DNA of 64,000 nucleotides from Clostridium sp. (GTDB lineage Bacteria; Bacillota; Clostridia; Clostridiales; Clostridiaceae): NCBI RefSeq assembly GCF_036643715.1, contig NZ_JAVXRL010000008.1, positions 2,722 to 66,721 of the forward strand, read 5' to 3'. Shown piece by piece: positions 61,475 to 64,000 of this stretch (position 1 is its first letter; each line of letters starts with the position of its first letter). The notes under the pieces were generated by a model. It saw only the letters and a program-made list of their open reading frames with translations, ran no database searches and was not told where the DNA came from. The position numbers and the translations under genes were made by a program.

Positions 61475-62926
61475 TTGATATTTTCATCCTTTAAAATAAA
61501 TAATAAGGAAAAAATTCATATTCAAATAGAAAGTCATATTAAAAATGAAATAGAAAAAGGGTTTCTACAAAAAGGGAGTAAGCTTCCATCAACTAGGGAA
61601 GTAAGTAAAATTTTATCTATAAGCAGAAATTCTGTTATAACAGCTTATGAAAATTTAGAAGATGAAGGTATTATTGAAAGTATAAAAGGAAAAGGAACCT
61701 TTGTAAAAATTATTTCAAAAGCATTAAAAGGTGACTTAACTATTAATTGGGAAAATATGATTAATAATTATGGGAAAAGGTGTGAAGAATTAGATATAGT
61801 AAAGACGGAACTTCCATGGAAGAAAGGTATGATTTCTTTTAAAAGCATTGCACCAGATGAAGGGTTATTTGATTTAGAAGAATTTAAAAGAAGTTTTTTA
61901 AATGCTTTTTCACTAGAAGGAGACAAACTTTTGAATTATGGATATGCAAAGGGTTATAAGCCTTTAATTGAGTATATTAAAAAGTATATGAAAAATAAAG
62001 GAGTAAGCCTTGATGGAATGGATGTTTTAATAACAAATGGATTTACAGAAGGTTTTGATATACTTTTAAGTGCACTTACAAGTGAAGATGATATAGTAGC
62101 TTGTGAGGAACCAACTCACAATACTGCAATAAAGATGATGAAGACACACGGATTAAATATAAATCCAGTTAAGATGAATAGAGATGGAATAGATACAATA
62201 GAACTTGAAAAAACTCTTAAAGAGTGCAAGCCAAAGTTCATATATTTGATACCATCTTATCATAATCCAACTGGAATAGTTATGAAAAGCGATAAGAGAC
62301 AGGAAGTATATAATATTTGCGAAAAATATAAAGTTCCAATAGTTGAAGACGGGTTTAATGAAGAACTTTTATATTCAAGTTCACATGTTGCACCAATAGC
62401 ATCTCTTTGTTCTAATGGCAATGGTGTTGTTTATGTTGGAAGTTTTTCTAAAATACTATTTCCAGGGCTTAGAATTGGATGGATATTTGGGGATGAAAGG
62501 CTTATAAACATACTAGAAAGTGTAAAGAGGGAACGAAATATTCATTCTTCATTTATAGATCAAGCAGCCTTTTATAAATATATGGAAAGTGGCGCTTTTA
62601 AGAAGTATATGAAGAAAATAAGAAAGCATTATAAGGATAAGTATAACTTTACATTGCTTCAAATAAATAAGTATATACCAAATGATTATATACTTGGAGA
62701 AGGTGGACTTCACATATTTATAAAGCTTAAAAATGTAAATGGCAGAGAAGTTCTTAAAGAATGTTATAAAAGAGGAGTTGTATTTATGCCTGGTGATATT
62801 TTTTATAATGGAAATACAGGAGAAGATACAATAAGGCTTGGATTTTCTAGAGTGAGCGAAGAAGATATTGAAGAGGGAATAAAGATAATCGGAGAAGTAA
62901 TTAAAGAGTTAATGGATAAAAAATAA
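61475..62926 (+). CDS. MocR/GabR-family regulator (GntR HTH plus PLP aminotransferase domain)
   Basis: 'KLPSTREV', 'SRNSVITAYENL', 'YHNPTG', 'SFSKILFPGLRIG'. Confidence 0.92.
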   Translation: MIFSSFKINNKEKIHIQIESHIKNEIEKGFLQKGSKLPSTREVSKILSISRNSVITAYENLEDEGIIESIKGKGTFVKIISKALKGDLTINWENMINNYGKRCEELDIVKTELPWKKGMISFKSIAPDEGLFDLEEFKRSFLNAFSLEGDKLLNYGYAKGYKPLIEYIKKYMKNKGVSLDGMDVLITNGFTEGFDILLSALTSEDDIVACEEPTHNTAIKMMKTHGLNINPVKMNRDGIDTIELEKTLKECKPKFIYLIPSYHNPTGIVMKSDKRQEVYNICEKYKVPIVEDGFNEELLYSSSHVAPIASLCSNGNGVVYVGSFSKILFPGLRIGWIFGDERLINILESVKRERNIHSSFIDQAAFYKYMESGAFKKYMKKIRKHYKDKYNFTLLQINKYIPNDYILGEGGLHIFIKLKNVNGREVLKECYKRGVVFMPGDIFYNGNTGEDTIRLGFSRVSEEDIEEGIKIIGEVIKELMDKK

Positions 62927-62956
62927 AGGATGAGCTAAGCTCATCCTTTATTTTTT
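62919..62956. terminator. Bidirectional terminator
   Basis: aaataaaggatgagc / gctcatcctttattt with flanking A/T runs. Confidence 0.78.
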
Positions 62957-64000
62957 AAATTAATTCACCGTGTGAAAGTTCTTTTTCTTCAATATTAATA
63001 TTGAATTCTCTTCCATACATTTTAAGAGCTCTAAAGTCTTTACTAGTAACTAATGAAATAGTAGTACCAGATGCAGATCCTCTAGCTGTTCTTCCAGCTC
63101 TATGAAGATATTCATTAGCATTAGCTGGGAAATCAAGATTTATTATGTGAGTTATATCTGTTATATCAAGTCCTCTAGCTGAAATATCAGATGAAACTAA
63201 AATGTTGATTTTGCCGTTTCTAAAGCTTTCTAAGGCTTGTTGTCTCTGTTCCTTAGTGATTCTCTTATGCATAGCGAAAGCGTTCTTATGATGGTAATTT
63301 AGCTTATCTGCGATCATCTCTACATCATAACCACGATTAATAAATACGATAGCCTTTTCAGGCTCTACTGCTGCAATAAGTTTTCTTAAAACCTCAGGCT
63401 TATCTCTTTCATCTACCTCAATATACATATGTTCGATATTTGGGTTTAAAGATGCCTTCTTTTCATTTTTGAATATAACAGGATCCTTCATTAATCCTTT
63501 AGCAATTTCTAAAGCTTTTCCGCTTACAGTTGCAGAGAATATTAAAAGTTGTCTGTCTCTCATAGTAGTTTTTATTATGTCACCAACAGTTTTAGCGTGA
63601 GTATTATCTAAAAGATTATCTCCCTCATCAAGAACTATTGTTTTAATTGTATGAGCTTTAATTTTTTTCTTTAATATTAAATCTCTAACTCTTCCTGGTG
63701 AACCAACTATAATGTTTGGTTTAATTTCTTTTAACTTCTTAACTTGCTTATCCATATTAACATCACCAATAATTGAAAGTGCTGTAACTGGAAGTTCAGA
63801 ATTTGTAGCTAAAAGCTTGCATTGTTTTTCTATTTGCATTACTAATTCACGTGTTGGAGCTAGTATTAGAACTTGTAATTCTTTTTTACTTGTATCTATT
63901 TTTTCAAATAGTGGTGCTAAAAATGCTAAAGTCTTTCCGCTTCCTGTATGAGCTTCACCTATAACATCTCTATTATTTAATATTTCAGGAATAGAGATAG
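62955..64000 (-). CDS. DEAD/DEAH-box RNA helicase, 5' end outside window
   Basis: Frame open to the window edge. 'HTGSGKT', 'PTREL', 'LDEGD', 'FSAT', 'ARGLDI', 'HRAGRTAR'. Confidence 0.92.
   Translation of the reverse strand, partial: ISIPEILNNRDVIGEAHTGSGKTLAFLAPLFEKIDTSKKELQVLILAPTRELVMQIEKQCKLLATNSELPVTALSIIGDVNMDKQVKKLKEIKPNIIVGSPGRVRDLILKKKIKAHTIKTIVLDEGDNLLDNTHAKTVGDIIKTTMRDRQLLIFSATVSGKALEIAKGLMKDPVIFKNEKKASLNPNIEHMYIEVDERDKPEVLRKLIAAVEPEKAIVFINRGYDVEMIADKLNYHHKNAFAMHKRITKEQRQQALESFRNGKINILVSSDISARGLDITDITHIINLDFPANANEYLHRAGRTARGSASGTTISLVTSKDFRALKMYGREFNINIEEKELSHGELI

Overview
Low-GC Firmicute chromosomal DNA. Gene content, codon usage and sporulation genes point to Clostridium sensu stricto. 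This is mostly core genome: tig-clpP-clpX-lon-engB, a PerR-like regulator, pncB, a UvrD/PcrA-type helicase, spoVB, a nine-gene Na+-type V/A-ATPase operon, a SAM-I riboswitch over metF-luxS-(MetH activation domain)-metH, ferritin, alr, a MocR regulator and a DEAD-box helicase cut by the window edge. I saw no rRNA, tRNA, CRISPR array, transposase, integrase or prophage. The unusual signals are: (1) a NiCo riboswitch controlling a P2-like P-type ATPase with non-canonical membrane motifs (PEEFP, His in M5, Glu in M6); (2) a cyanophycin-synthetase-like protein with its ATP-grasp domain missing; (3) a cassette after engB with two Cys/Gly/Asn-rich proteins built from one repeated module, an Asn/Gly/Met prion-like protein behind a sigmaK-like promoter, and a C-rich structured RNA; (4) three intergenic sRNA candidates, two with a clear promoter and terminator of their own; (5) a P4-less SAM-I aptamer that puts luxS under methionine-cycle control; (6) a 52-aa ORF missing from the ORF track. 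All family assignments come from motif recognition by eye. No database searches or folding programs were run.
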